Assembly: GCA_024679065.1 (NCBI GenBank)
Contig: JAGIQG010000001.1
Coordinates: forward strand, 111,724,001 to 111,788,000
DNA length: 64,000 nucleotides
Reading direction: 5' to 3'
From: Sphyrna mokarran
Taxonomy: Eukaryota
Shown: positions 40,985-53,285 of the stretch, piece after piece
Layout of the letters: the number at the start of each line of letters is the position of its first letter
How positions within the stretch are numbered: the stretch's first letter is position 1
Translations under genes and position numbers: made by a program
Notes under the pieces: generated by a model
Told to the model about the DNA's origin: nothing
The model's database searches: none
What the model saw: only the letters and a program-made list of their open reading frames with translations

Positions 40985-41592
40985 AATTTTGTAGACTTCT
41001 ATCAGGCTTCTCTTCAGCCTCCATCTTTCCAGTGAAAAATAATCCTAGTTTTTCAACTTCTCCTCATAATCAAAATCCTTGAGACCAGCAACATCCTGGT
41101 GAAACTTCTTTGCACTTTCTCCAAAGCTCCCACATCCTTCTGGTAGTATGATGAGCAGATCCGCACACAATACTCCAAATGTGGCCTATCCAGAGGTTTT
41201 ATATAGTTGCAATATGATTTCCCAACTCTTGTACTCAATGACCAGGTTGATGAAGGCAACCATACTGTATGCTTTCTTAATCACCTTGGCTACCTGTGTT
41301 GCCACTTTTGGGGAACTGTGGACCTGCACAGACAGATCCATCTATATGTTAATATTCTTAATGGTTCTGTTATATACAGTATAATTCATACCTACTTTGT
41401 TCCTCCAAAATGCATCATCTCACATTTGTCTGGATTAAACTCCATCTTTATTTCTGTGCTCAAGTCTCCAATCTATCTTTTTCATATTGTATCCTCTGAT
41501 ATAATAGGCACTACCAGCAACCTCACCAATCTTTGTGTCATCTGTAAACTTACGAATCAGACCACCCACATTTTTGTCCGGATCATTTACGT
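40985..41592 (-). mobile_element. CR1 LINE remnant, continuing at 43189-43300
   Basis: RPHLEYCV..ALEKVQRSFTRML and GLIRKFTDDTKIG. The sequence resumes after 43188 (ACAAACAACAGAGGTCTCAGCACTGATCCCTG). Confidence 0.88.
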
Positions 41593-43188
41593 TGTTATAA
41601 TTCAGGTCAGAAATTCCAAAGTGTTCTATGAAGTCTGCCTGGATCATAAGTTTTGCACTTTGAATTTGGCTAGGATGCACATGAGATACTTCACTTCAGA
41701 TATGATTCAACTGACCCACTAAGGAACTTTTATCGAACAAAATTCATATAAGAATACAGTTAACGTGTATATAAATAAAAGTAATAACTTTTATCAATTA
41801 CAAGCAGGTAAAAAATGTATAAAACCTTAACAGCTAAACACTGTTCCAATGAAACAAGTCTTATAAACAAAACCCTTTCCATAGGTTTAACACAGCATGA
41901 TGTTGTTGAAACTAAGCCTTTTGGTTGAATGCTGCAGTTTCCTTGAGAAACCAAACAGACCAGCTTGGAGTTGGAACAGCTTCCCAAAACACCAGGGAAA
42001 CTCTAGTCAAACCAACCACAAACAGCAGATTTTCTATTCTAGGAAGGCCAGGAACTTTGCTTCCAGCTAACAGCAGAATTTCCAAAACCAGAGGGAGGAA
42101 CAGAAATATTGCTTTTGATCTGATTCCGCCCACTTCTAAACTAAAATGGAAAATGACTCCTTAGATTTTTTTTTTCCTTGGAGAGAATCATTTGATTTTG
42201 ACTTATCAATCAATCAATCTTCCCCGTCACAATGCAGTCATAAAAGATCCCATAAAAGATTCAATACGGATAAATGTGAGGTGATTCACTTTGGTAGGAA
42301 TAACAGGCATATGAAATATAGGGCTAATGGAAGGACCCTTAATAATGTTGTCGAGCAGAGGGATCTTGGGGTACAAGTACATAGCTCTTTGAAAGTTGGC
42401 ACCCAGGTTGATAAAGTTGTTAAGAAGGCGTACGGTGTGTTAGCTTTTATTGGTAGAGGGATTGAATTTAGGAGCCGTGAGGTTATGTTACAACTGTACA
42501 AAACTCTGGTGCGGCCGCACTTGGAGTATTGCGTACAGTTCTGGTCGCCGCATTATAAGAAAGATGTGGAAGCATTGGAAAGGGTGCAGAGGAGGTTTAC
42601 CAGGATGTTGCCTGGTATGGTGGGAAGGCCTTATGAGGAAAGGCTGAGGGACCTGAGGTTATTTTCATTAGAGAGAAGAAGGTTACGCGGTGACCTAATT
42701 GAGGCGTATAAGATGATCAAGGGATTGGATAGGGTGGATAGTGAGAGCCTTTTTCCTCGGATGGTGATGACCAACACGAGGGGACATAACTTTAAATTAA
42801 GAGGTGGTAGTTATAGGACGGATGTCAGAGGCAGGTTCTTTACACAGAGGGTGGTGAGGGCGTGGAATGCCCTGCCTGCAGCAGTTGTGGGCTCACCTAC
42901 TTTGGGGGCATTTAAATGGTCAGTGGATAGGCATATGGATGATATTGGAATAGTTTAGGTTAGAGGGTCCACTGGTCAGCGCAACATCGAGGGCCGAAGG
43001 GCCTGTACTGCACTGTAATGTTCTATGTTCTATGTTCAGAGTAAAAATAAACAAAACCCCATTTAAGCCATTGAAGTAGCAAAGAAAAGATTCCTCTAGA
43101 TAGCCTAGCAACAATGAATAAAGCTGAAACTGAAAGAACTGCAGAGAACATGATTTTTTTTAATTCTTAAAGATACATTAATGTCACA
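41593..43188. mobile_element. Probable solo LTR (about 800 bp net) inserted in a CR1 and itself interrupted by the young CR1
   Basis: Non-coding block that splits the CR1 exactly; termini TGTTATAA..ATGTCACA (TG..CA); flanks ACGT/ATAT are an imperfect 4-bp TSD. Confidence 0.55.
42257..43036 (+). mobile_element. Young 5'-truncated CR1 LINE (ORF2 C-terminus, 3' UTR, (TTCTATG)n tail)
   Basis: Uninterrupted FNTDKCEVIHFG..EQRDLGV..LYKTLVRPHLEYCVQFWSP..LERVQRRFTRM..TRGH..FFTQRVV.AWNALP within ORF 42146..42958. Confidence 0.95.
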
Positions 43189-43500
43189 ATATATACTACA
43201 AACAACAGAGGTCTCAGCACTGATCCCTGCAGAACACCACTAGCTACAGACCTCTATTCTGAAAAACACTCTTCCAACACTCCTCTCTGTCTTCTATAAC
43301 TAAGATGTGGAGATGCTGATGCTGGATTGGGATAAGCAGAGTAAGAAGTCTCACAACACCAGATTACAGTCCAACACATTTATTTGGTGGCACAAGCTTT
43401 CAATGTGTTGCTCCTTTTCCAGGTGAGAGGGAGATGTGTTCACAAACAGGGCATATATAGACTCAAATTCAATTTACAAGATAATGGTTGAAATGCGAGT

Positions 43501-44177
43501 GATGTAGAGATGCCGGCATTGGACTGGGGTAAACTCAGTAAGAGGTCTGGCAACACCAATTTTAAATCCAACCGATTTATTTGATAGTAAATCTGGTAGC
43601 TTTCAGCATTTGTGCCTTCGTCAGGCAAATGAGGTGTTCTGGTCTTCAAAAGCACACATATCAGCACAGACAGTTTACAGATTGCTGATTAGAATGCGAA
43701 TCCTTACACCTAACCTGCTTAATCGTTACACTTAATCCTTACACCTAACCTAATCTTCAATGGGGCCTTCATGACACACAACAGCGCAGAGCTGTTGAGC
43801 ACAGACTGATAGCCAAGTTCTGCACACATGAGGACGGTCTTAACAGGGATCTTGGCTTCATGTCACACTATCTGTAAGCCCCATGACTTGCCTGGGTTAG
43901 CAAAAAACCTCACTTACTGTGCTGTCTGGAGAAAATACACATCCCTCTAACCTCAGCGCTCAGTGTTCCTTTGTTAGCCACTTTAAGACTTGAATAGCAG
44001 GTTAGGTGTAAGGATTCGCATTCTAATCAGCAATCTGTAAACTGTCTGTGCTGATATGTGTGCTTTTGGAGACCAGAACACCTCATTTGCCCGATGAAGG
44101 CACAAACACTGAAAGCTAGCAGATTTACTATCAAATAAATCGGTTGGATTTAAAATTGGTGTTGCCAGACCTCTTAC
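43501..44177. mobile_element. Short inverted Penelope-like insertion (3' end only)
   Basis: Left arm ~43535-43718(-) is inverted relative to ~43997-44180(+). The plus portion ~43755-44180 matches the last codons and 3' UTR of the 7417 ORF. TSD TGAAATGC(G/A)AGT at 43489-43500 and 44178-44189. Confidence 0.9.
43591..43630 (-). ncRNA. Hammerhead ribozyme motif
   Basis: atttgc-CTGACGA-a-ggca caaa tgct-GAAA-gc-TA-ccagat. The partner copy at 44085-44124(+) has a full 6-bp stem I (atttgc/gcagat) but a CCGATGA core. Confidence 0.68.
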
Positions 44178-44967
44178 TGAAATGCAAGTACCAGGTACAG
44201 ACAAGGTGAGTGGAGAGAGGGTTAAGCACAGGTTAAAGAGATGTGTATTGTCTCCAGCTAGGACAGTTAGTGAGATTTTGCAAGGACAGGCAAGTTGTAG
44301 GGGGTATAGATAGTGTGACATGAACCCAACCCTGGTTGAGGCTGTCCTCAAGTGAGTGAAACTTGGCCATCAGCCCCTGCTGAACAACTCTGAGCTATCA
44401 TGTGTCATGAAGGCCACCATGGAGAATGCATACCCAAGGATCAGAGGCTGAATGCCCATGACTGCTGAAGAAAATATTCCTGCCTGGTGATTGCCGAGTG
44501 GTGCTCATTCATCCTTTGTTGCAGTGTCTGCATGACCCCACCAATATACCATGCTTGGGACATCCTTTCCTGCAGTGTATCAGGTAGACAGCGTTGGCCA
44601 ATTCACAAAACTGTATACCACGCACCTGATGGATGGTGTTCTCATGTAAGATGATAGCATCCCTGTCGAAGATCTGGCACGTCTTGCAGAGGTTGTTGTG
44701 GCAGGGTTGTATGATGTTGTGGTCACTGTTCTTCTCAAGGCTGGGTAGGTTGCTGTAGACAGTGGTCTATTTGAGGTTGGGCGGCTGTTTAAAGTAGTGG
44801 GGATGTGAGGTTGGCCTTGGCGAGATGTTTGTTTACATTGATGACATGTTGAAGGCTCCAGAAAAGATATTGTTGCTTCTCTGCTCCAGGGAAGTTCTGG
44901 ACAACAAAAGGTACTCTGCCCTCCGTGTTCTGTGTTTGTCTTCTGAGAAGGCCGATTCTGTATCATC

Positions 44968-45225
44968 TAGAAAAGAAAACGCTGGAAAATCTCAGCAGAT
45001 CTGGCTTTTCTTTCTAAGGGAAGAAAAGAGCTGATGTTTTGGGCCCAGATGATTCTTGTCAAAGCTAAAAGGAATAGAAAGTGGGAGATATTTATACTGT
45101 GGGGGGGGGGGGGAAGTGGGGGGATGAAAGATGAGTCATAGCCATAGAAACCAGGCGAAAAGACTGCTAATAGCTGTCTATAAAGAGAATAAAGGGTGTG
45201 AATGGCCAAATGGTAAAGAAACTGA
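44968..45225 (-). mobile_element. PLE-derived 3' terminus (second family)
   Basis: Closely similar to 26393-26652. Confidence 0.65.
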
Positions 45226-45445
45226 TGGAGATGTTGGGGGAGAGGGGGAAGGGGAGTAGGGAAAATGGAACATTTCTCTGGAACCTCACCTGTGAAGGGT
45301 CTCGGGATTTTTTAAACTAAATTAAAGTTGCTTGAATTTCTCCTTAGGATTACTTCATTCTGATTATGGCTCTGACAACCTGAGATCATCCAATTCAATG
45401 TCCCAATCCTATGATGTCCATCACAACAACATCTGTCTTGTATAT

Positions 45446-45738
45446 TGGCGCAGTGGTTTGCACTCCTGTTTCACAGCACTAGGGAACCAGGTTCAGTTCT
45501 GGCTTTGGATGCTGTCTGTGTAGAGTTTGCCCATTCTCCTTGTGACTGTGTGAGTTTGCTCCAGGTGCTCTGGTTTTCTCCCACAGTCCAAAAGACACCC
45601 TGGTTAGGTGCATTGGCCATACTAAATTCTCCCTCAGTCTACCTTAACAGGTGTTGGAATGTGGCAACCAAGGATTTTCATGGTAATTTCATTGCAGTAT
45701 TAATATAAGCCTACTTTTAACATTGATAAATAAATAAG
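45446..45738 (+). mobile_element. HE1/V-SINE-related SINE with alternative tail
   Basis: Matches 54960-55242. Confidence 0.78.
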
Positions 45739-45942
45739 CTTTCACCCATTCACCCTCTCGCTCACACACTCACTCACCCACCCTCTCATTGGCTTATCCA
45801 TTCACTAGCCCACAGTCATTCATTAAAGAATGATTTCAGACCTTTAAAAATGTCCCTGAAAACAGTAGCCACTATTGTGAAAAGGGAACATATTCTCTCC
45901 TTCCTTCGATTCTCCTGCACTCAATGGACTACATTGGAGACC

Positions 45943-47078
45943 TGATGTAGAGATACCAGCGTTGGACTGGGACAAACACAGTAGGAAGTCTGACAACACC
46001 AGGTTTAAGTCCAACCAATTTATTTGATAGTAAACTCACAAGCTTTTGAGGCTGTCCTTTTCATCAGGTGAATGAGGCGTTCTGGTCTCAAACCGCATAT
46101 ATACCAGCACAGACTGTTTACAGATTACTGATTAGAATGCAAATCTTTACACCTAACCTGCTATTCAAGTCTTAAAGCGGCTAACAATGTGAGTGGAAGG
46201 AGCACTGAGCACAGGTTAAAGAGATGTGTATTGTCTCCAAACAGCACAGTAAGTGAGGTTTTTTGCTAACCCAGGCAAGTCATGGGGGTTACAGATAGTG
46301 TGACATGAACCCAAGATCTGTTGAGACCGTCCTCATGTGTGCGGAACTTGGCTATCAGTCTCTGTTCAGCGACCCTGCGATGTCGTGTGTTGTGAAGGCC
46401 ACCTTGGAAAATGTTTACCCGAAGGTCGGAGGCCGAATACCCATGACTGCTAAAGTGTTCGCCAACAGGAAGGGAACAGTTTTGCCTGGTGATTGTCGAG
46501 CAAAGTTCATTGGGGAGACCATGCAGACACTACGACAGCGGATAAATGAACATCGCTCGACAATCACCAGGCAAGACTGCTCCCTTCCTGTTTGGTGAAC
46601 ACTTCAGTGGTCACGGGCATTCGGCCTCCGACCTTCGGTAAACATTCTTCAAGGTGGCCTTCACGACATACGACAGCGCAGAGTCGCTGAGCAGAGACTG
46701 ATAGCCAAGTTCCACACACATGAGGACAGTCTCAAAGGGATCTTGGCTTCATGTCACACTATCTGTAACCCCCATGACTTGCCTGGGTTAGCAAAAAACC
46801 TCACTTACTGTGCTGTCTGAAGACAATACACATCTCTTTAATCTGTGTTCAGTGCTCCTTCCACTCACATTGTTAGCCACTTTAAGACTTGAGTAGCAGA
46901 TTAAGCATAAAGATTCGCATTCTAATCAGTAATCTGTAAACAGTCTGTGCTGTTATATGTGCTGTTTGAGACCAGAATACTTCATTCACCTGATGAAGAG
47001 GTCAAAACACCTCGAAAGTTTGTGAGTTTACTATCAAATAAATTGGTTGGACTTAAACCTGGTGTTGTCAGACTTCCT
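45943..47078. mobile_element. Inverted (palindromic) Penelope-like insertion
   Basis: Left arm ~45943-46511(-) and right arm ~46509-47080(+) both match the GIY-YIG end and 3' UTR (IGETMQTLRQRINEHRSTITRQ). TSD ACTACATTGGAGA at 45928-45940 and 47079-47091. Confidence 0.92.
46985..47026 (+). ncRNA. Hammerhead ribozyme motif
   Basis: ttcac-CTGATGA-a-gaggt caaaac acctc-GAAA-gt-TT-gtgag, with 5-bp stem I and 5-bp stem II. A degenerate partner copy lies at 46035-46072(-). Confidence 0.72.
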
Positions 47079-50000
47079 ACTACATTGGAGAGGCAGTCCT
47101 GCCCATGTCTATTTCAGTGGGGATGAAAAATCCCAGCTGAAAATGGGCAGTTCCATTGGGGGGGCAGTAAACAAACCAGATACCTTCCTGGTCTCTATTA
47201 TTCAACCACTCACAGGGTGAATGCTTTGGGTGATGTGGGCCACAGTTAAACTAGTTAATCATAGCAAATTCCAATTGAATTTGCTATTAAAAACTCAGGA
47301 ATATGATTATAAAATCAAACAAGTGGAAATATTTTATTTATGCATTCAATCTTTCAATGGCTGCTGTTGCTTTCCTGCTGCATACATATTCAATTATACT
47401 GAGAAAAGTAGGTTTGCAGTAAGAGTGGAATCCTTGGTGAGGTGCAGAAAGATAGAGCACAGGGAATATCATATAAAATAAATGAGCCTGCTAGAGCCTG
47501 GACAGTGCACCACATTCTTGCAAAGAAAATTGCTATCTGTTTGGGACTGTGGTATTAGAGGCAATAGCTTACAAAGGCTGAAGTGAAAGAAGGTGACAAG
47601 ACAACTTACTCAGCATCTGATCACTGTGGAGTTAATTTGGCCTTTGTTTTTAATTTGCTTAGCTCAAGTGACCCTGTTGATGTGATATAATTACTCAAAG
47701 CCGTGCCTGTAGACTATTAGCCTCGCTGGCTAAAGAACATTTGAACATAGGAAAGCAGAACTGGCCAAGAGTTTGAGATATATTTTTCCGACTGGTGCTA
47801 TGCCAATGCAGATGCTTAATTTGCTCGTACAAAATTCTTCATTGTGCTTTCTTTTTATTACTGCAGGTGTTGATCTAGTGCAAAGACCAATACAGGAACA
47901 ACACCAGTTATTCTCAGATTTATTGTGTATGGTTTCACAACCACTAATCATCAGCAGGAGATTCACCCAATTCTAAGCAATGGCATTCCTTATAAAAACT
48001 AGATCAAAACCTGGCTTATCATTTCAGTAACATTTGTCAATCATTATTTTTCTCTGTTTGCCAGCTACATTTTTTTTTGTGAATTCAAAACTGTGGTAAT
48101 GCAAAATCTGAGATTAAACCAAGAAAAACTTTTCAGACTGTTATTTTGTTTTGGAGAAAATGGTGCATCAAGAACAATGCAAAAAGTGGTATCAGAATAG
48201 TGTTTCGATTTAGGTAGAATTCTGGGCCAGAATTTTAGCAGAAATTTGCGGAATGCCATTCTCCGTTGACCTAGAGCTGGATTCTCCGAGTGTCCATTTG
48301 GTGGGCAAGGTGATAAAATTCCGGCACTAGACTCATACAGTGCAGAAAAGGCTCTTTGGCCCATCAAGTCTGCAAGAACAATATCTACCACTAAAAGCAG
48401 GTTAATCCCATTTTCCTACGTTTGTCCCACATACTTGATATTATGGTATTTCAAATGCTCATCCAAATACTTTTTAAAGGTTGTAAGGTTTCTGACCTCG
48501 ACTATCTTCCCAGACAGTGTATTCCAGATTCTAACAATCCTCTAAACAAAAAGGTTTTTCACAAATCCTTTCTGAATTTCCTTCCCATTACTATGTTAAG
48601 GCATTGTCAATAAATAGAGGTATATGATTTTCACTTCCTTGAAATTGGTGCCAATTTGACAGTAACACGTAGCAATGGACAATGTATAAGCTACAGAATG
48701 CAAGTTACAATCCTGCCTATTTTCTATAAATTACAATAAGTAAACTCCTCTTTTATTCACATCCTCACTGCGAAATGTTATACAATTCTCACAGGACTGT
48801 TTCAGTGGGGAGTGTCAATTCGCAAAACTGAGTGCTACGAGTAAGACACAGTCCAGTTCCAGCTGTTCAGCAACTTTATTCTCACCTTCCTGAGCTCACA
48901 CTTAATCTTTAATAGATATGCAAACTAGAGAAAATCTATGGGACGGTGCTCCTCTGTTCAAAAAGCTTACATAATGAAGAGGGGCAGAATGGCAGGAAAA
49001 GGCTGCAATGGAACAAAAGCCTGAGCTTTAAACCTTTAAAACCCTCAACGCCAGTAATGCAAATGCTAGGGAAAGATTGGGGTGGGGGCAGGGGACAGGG
49101 GCAGTAAAGCCAATTTAATTTACGATGATCTTGCCACAGAGATGCATCAAAAAGTGTACATTTTCTGCAAGTTCAGTTCCGAGGCTATGTATCCAAATTT
49201 GCACAACCATATTTTTCTGATAAATGTGACAGGCTTACTAGGCTCAAGGCCCATAACATGAAGTCAAAAAAATTAAACCCCTGGTGCGAGTGAGGATGAG
49301 AAATACCAAGAGTCATAAGTATATAAGAGAGGCCACATTTTTCAAACTATGCAAGATGTTTCTGATGAGTAACACATGGTATGTTGATTATGGCTCTCAG
49401 ATTTTTTGGAACTATGTATTATAAAACTGAGGAACAAATTTGAAAAAAATAGATCAGCAAGTGTGAGTTTTTTTAAAGCCTTCAAATCAGGCTGTTTAAT
49501 ATTAGTAGTAAATACGTTAATACAGTCAAACAGAATCCAATTGCTTGCTCTTTTAATGAACATAACAACACAGTAAGTCACAGAAATAGCCAGAATCATT
49601 TAATTTATGACTGGCCTTTACCACACAACTTTAACGTATGAATCTCCATTACATATTTCTGAATTCAGAACTTTGAAGACTGCTTATGTAAGTTGCAGTG
49701 GAAAGAGTTTAGCAGACTCTCTGCAAGATCTGACGTGCAAGATGTTGTACAATACTCATTTTCTTTTATGGTTCATTGATTTGTAAAGAAATTGCCATTT
49801 CAACAATGTTGCTGTCAAATTAACCTAATTGGCTTTAGTGTAGTTCTTCCTAGAAATCTGTCACATCCCATTTTCAGGATTTCCCTAGATTTGAAACTGT
49901 TTGCTAATTATTTTCACATAATAAATTTAACTTAAGCATACTCAGTTCAGTACCTTCAGTTCATTAGCTAGCTCTTTGTTCTTATGAAAACACAGGCACT

Positions 50001-50629
50001 ATAACATAGTCAGACATGATTTGAGGTTTTGAAATCATGTTAATTTAATTTGCTTATTCTGTAGAAACTCCAATCATTTTGTACCACTCAATCCCATTTG
50101 CATCAGTGAATCACTCCCTGTACAGCTAAGATTACAACTCTACTCAGATAAAAAGAAATAATTCTGTTATATAATTTGTTAAAATATTTCATCAATAATC
50201 CAGAAATAATATATCACTATAATGAAAATGTAGCACCTAAAATATTGGAGAGGCAAGAGTTTGAGTGAATATATTATACCTTGACATTCTCATAATCCTC
50301 ATCTAGGCACAAGTGTGTTAACTGATATAATTATTGGGAGATTATTTAAGTGTTTAAGTTATGATGGCTAAAAAATGTACCCCATGTGTTTAGAAGTGGA
50401 ACCAAAATCTGTGCAGATTGAATATAAATTGCTATTCTTTGCTCCCATATTTTATCCACAAAATTCTGGCTCAATGCATACCTATTTTTATTCTTTCCTC
50501 CTTATTTGATTGAAACCAGTTACAATATCAAGTACTAGCTTCTATTTACAATTCTGCAAATGGCAAGATCTTTCTCTTAACAAAGAAATTTAGGAACTAG
50601 CAAGCCAAAGTCTGATACTTCTCTATTCT

Positions 50630-51087
50630 TCACACTCACACCTCTGTTACCTCTGGACTTGATTATTCTAATGCATTTTTATCCCTTAACATTATCCAGA
50701 ACTCTGCTGTCCACATCCTAATTCCATTTATCCATCTCCCCTTTGCTAACTGACCTATGTGGACTCCCGATTAAAAAAACACCTAGATTTTAAAATTCTC
50801 ATCCTTGTTTTCAAATGCCTTTATACCTCACCCTTCCCTATCTTTGTAACCACCTCAGCTCCAAATCTCTTTGAGATTGCTCTGGTCCTCCCATTCTGGC
50901 TGCTTGAGCATCACCAATTTTAATTTTGCCACCATTAATAGCCATATCTTTAGCTATCTAGGTCTGTAGCTCTAGAATTTCTTCCTTAAGCTTTCCCACT
51001 TTTCTATGTAGCTTTCCTCCTTTGATATACTACTTACCATATACCTTTTTGCCCAAACTTTTGACTGTCTGAGTAGTATTCCCTTAT
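50630..51087 (+). mobile_element. L2-clade LINE 3' remnant; terminus resumes at ~53395-53475
   Basis: IIQNSAVHIL..ISPLLTDL..LP..LDFKILILVFKCL-like segment; the tail CTATGAAGTTCCTTG..GATATAAATACAA follows the nested insertions. Confidence 0.65.
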
Positions 51088-51119
51088 GGGCTGGATTCTC
51101 TGACCTCACCCACAGCTAT

Positions 51120-53285
51120 AAAGCCATAAGACCATAAGATGTAGGAGCAGAATTAGGCCACTCAGCCCGTCATGTCTGCTCCACCATTCAATCATTGCTA
51201 ATATTTTTCCCATGCCTATTCTCCTGCCTTCTCCCCTTAACTCCTGATCCTCTTATTAATCAAGAATCTATCTATTTCTATCTTAAAGGCACTCAATGAC
51301 CTGGCCTCTACAACCTTCTGTGGCAAAGAGTTCCACTGATTCACCAGTCTCTGGCTGAAGAAATTCCTCCTCATTTCTAAAGGATTATCCCTTTAGCCCT
51401 CTGGTTCTAGTTTTTCCAACAAATGGAAATATCCTCTTCATGTCCATTCTATCCTGGCCTTGCAGTATTCGCTAAATTTCAATAAAATCACTCTTCATCC
51501 TTCTAAACTCCAAAGTTTACAGACCCAGAGTCCTTAAGCGTTCCTCATACAACAAGCTCTTCATTCCAGGGATCATTCTTGTGAACATCCTCTGGACCCT
51601 TTTCAAGGCCAGCACATCCTTCCTTAGATATGGGGCCCAAAACTGCTCACAATACTCTCAATGGACTCTGACCAGAAACTTCTGCAGCCTCAGAAGTACA
51701 TCCTTACTCTTGTATTCTAGTCCTCTCAACATGAATGCTAACAATGCATTTGCCTTTCTAACTGCCAACTGAATCTGCACAGTAACGTTAAGAGAATCTT
51801 GAACAATGACTCCCAAGTCCCCTTGTGTTTCTGATTTCTTAAGCATTTTCCCATTTAGAATACAAACTATGCCTCCATTCCTCCTTCCAGAGTGCATAAC
51901 CTCACACTTTTCCACATTGTATTCCATCTGCCATTTCTTTGCCCACTCTCCTAACTTGTCCAAGTCCTTCTGCAGCCCCCCACTTCATCAATGTTACCTG
52001 TTCCTCTGCATATCTTTGTATCATCTTCAAACGTATTTGATTTTGGTTTGTTTTGATTTATTACTGTCACATGTATTAACATACAGTGAAAATTGTTGTT
52101 GCATGCTATACAGACAAAACGTACAGTTCATAAAGATGAAAATGAGAGAACAGAATGTAGTGTTACAGTTGTAGGTAGGATGTAGAGAACAACCAACTTA
52201 ATGCAAGGGAAGACCATTCAAAAGTCTTACAGCAACAGGGAAGAAGCTGTTCTTAAGTTGGTTAGTACGTGACCTCAGAATTTTGTATCTTTTTCCCAAA
52301 GGAAGAAGGTAGGAGAGAGAATGTCTGGGGTACATGGAGTCCTTAATTATTCTGGCTGCTTTGCTGAGGCAGCAGGAAGTGTAGAAGAATCAATGGATGG
52401 GAGGTTGGTTTGCATGATAGATTAGGCTACATTTACAACCTTTTGTAATTCTTTGTGGTCTTGGGCAGAGCAGGAGCCATACCCAGCTGTAATACAACCA
52501 GAAAGAATGTTTTTTATGGTGCATCTATAAAAATTGGTGAAAGCCGTAGCTGACATACCAAATTTCCTTTGTCTTCTGAGAAAGTAGATGTATTAGTGGG
52601 CTTTCTTAACTATAGTGTTGGCAGTGGGAGACCAGGGCAGGTTGTTGGTGATCTGGACATCAAAAAACTTGAAACTCTTGACTCTTTCTACTTTGTCCTT
52701 GTTAATGTAGAGAGGGACATGTTCTCTTTTACGCTTCCTAAAGTCAATGACTTTAAGGGAGAGATTATTGTCATCGTACTAGTTCACCAAATTCTCTATC
52801 TTATTCATGTACTCTGTCTTGTCATATTTAAGATCTGACCCACTACCGTTTCAAGCAAACTTGAAAATCAAATTGGAGGGGAATTTGGCCATGCGATCAT
52901 AGGTATATAAGGAGTATAGGAAGGGACTGAGAACACAGCCTTGTGGGGACCCGGTGTGTCTTCAACAGTGCAATATCAACAGTGCCTTCAATTTGTTCCT
53001 TCAAATTGTTCATATATATTGTGAAAAGTTGTGGCACCAGCACTGATCCCAAGGCACACCACTAGTCACCAGCTGCCATCTGAAAAAGATCCCTTTATCC
53101 CTACTCTCTGCCTTCTGCCAATCAACCAATCTTCTATCCATGCCAAGATCATACCTTTAACACCATAGGCATTTAACTTATTTAACAGTCTCCTACGTGG
53201 CATCTTATCAATGGCTTTCTGAAAATCTAAATGAATCACATCATTGGCTCTCCTTTATTTAACTTCCTTGTTACCTCCTCAAAGA
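51120..53285 (-). mobile_element. CR1 LINE remnant interrupted by a Rex1 LINE
   Basis: DKLGEWAKKWQMEYNVEKCEVMH..GDLGVIV..RKANALLAFM; (ACCATAAG)-like tail at ~51125-51140; RT region resumes at ~52975-53285. Confidence 0.88.
52036..52958 (-). mobile_element. Rex1/Babar-type LINE 3' fragment
   Basis: The minus strand encodes TNFYRCTI.NILSGCITA.YGSCSAQDHKELQKVVNVA; 3' end TTTTCACTGTATGTTAATACATGTGACAGTAATAAAT. Confidence 0.8.

Larger units (their letters stand above)
43304..44965 (-). mobile_element. Older frameshifted Penelope-like element, interrupted by the 43501-44177 insertion
   Basis: 44190-44965 is a diverged minus-strand match to roughly 8930-9680 of the main element. 43304-43500 is its 3' terminus with tail and a decayed hammerhead. 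Confidence 0.85.

Noticed and set aside
42146-42958. 270-aa ORF as a host gene
   Set aside because: It is a CR1 ORF2 C-terminus. The first ~37 codons are flanking sequence and the RT catalytic core is absent.
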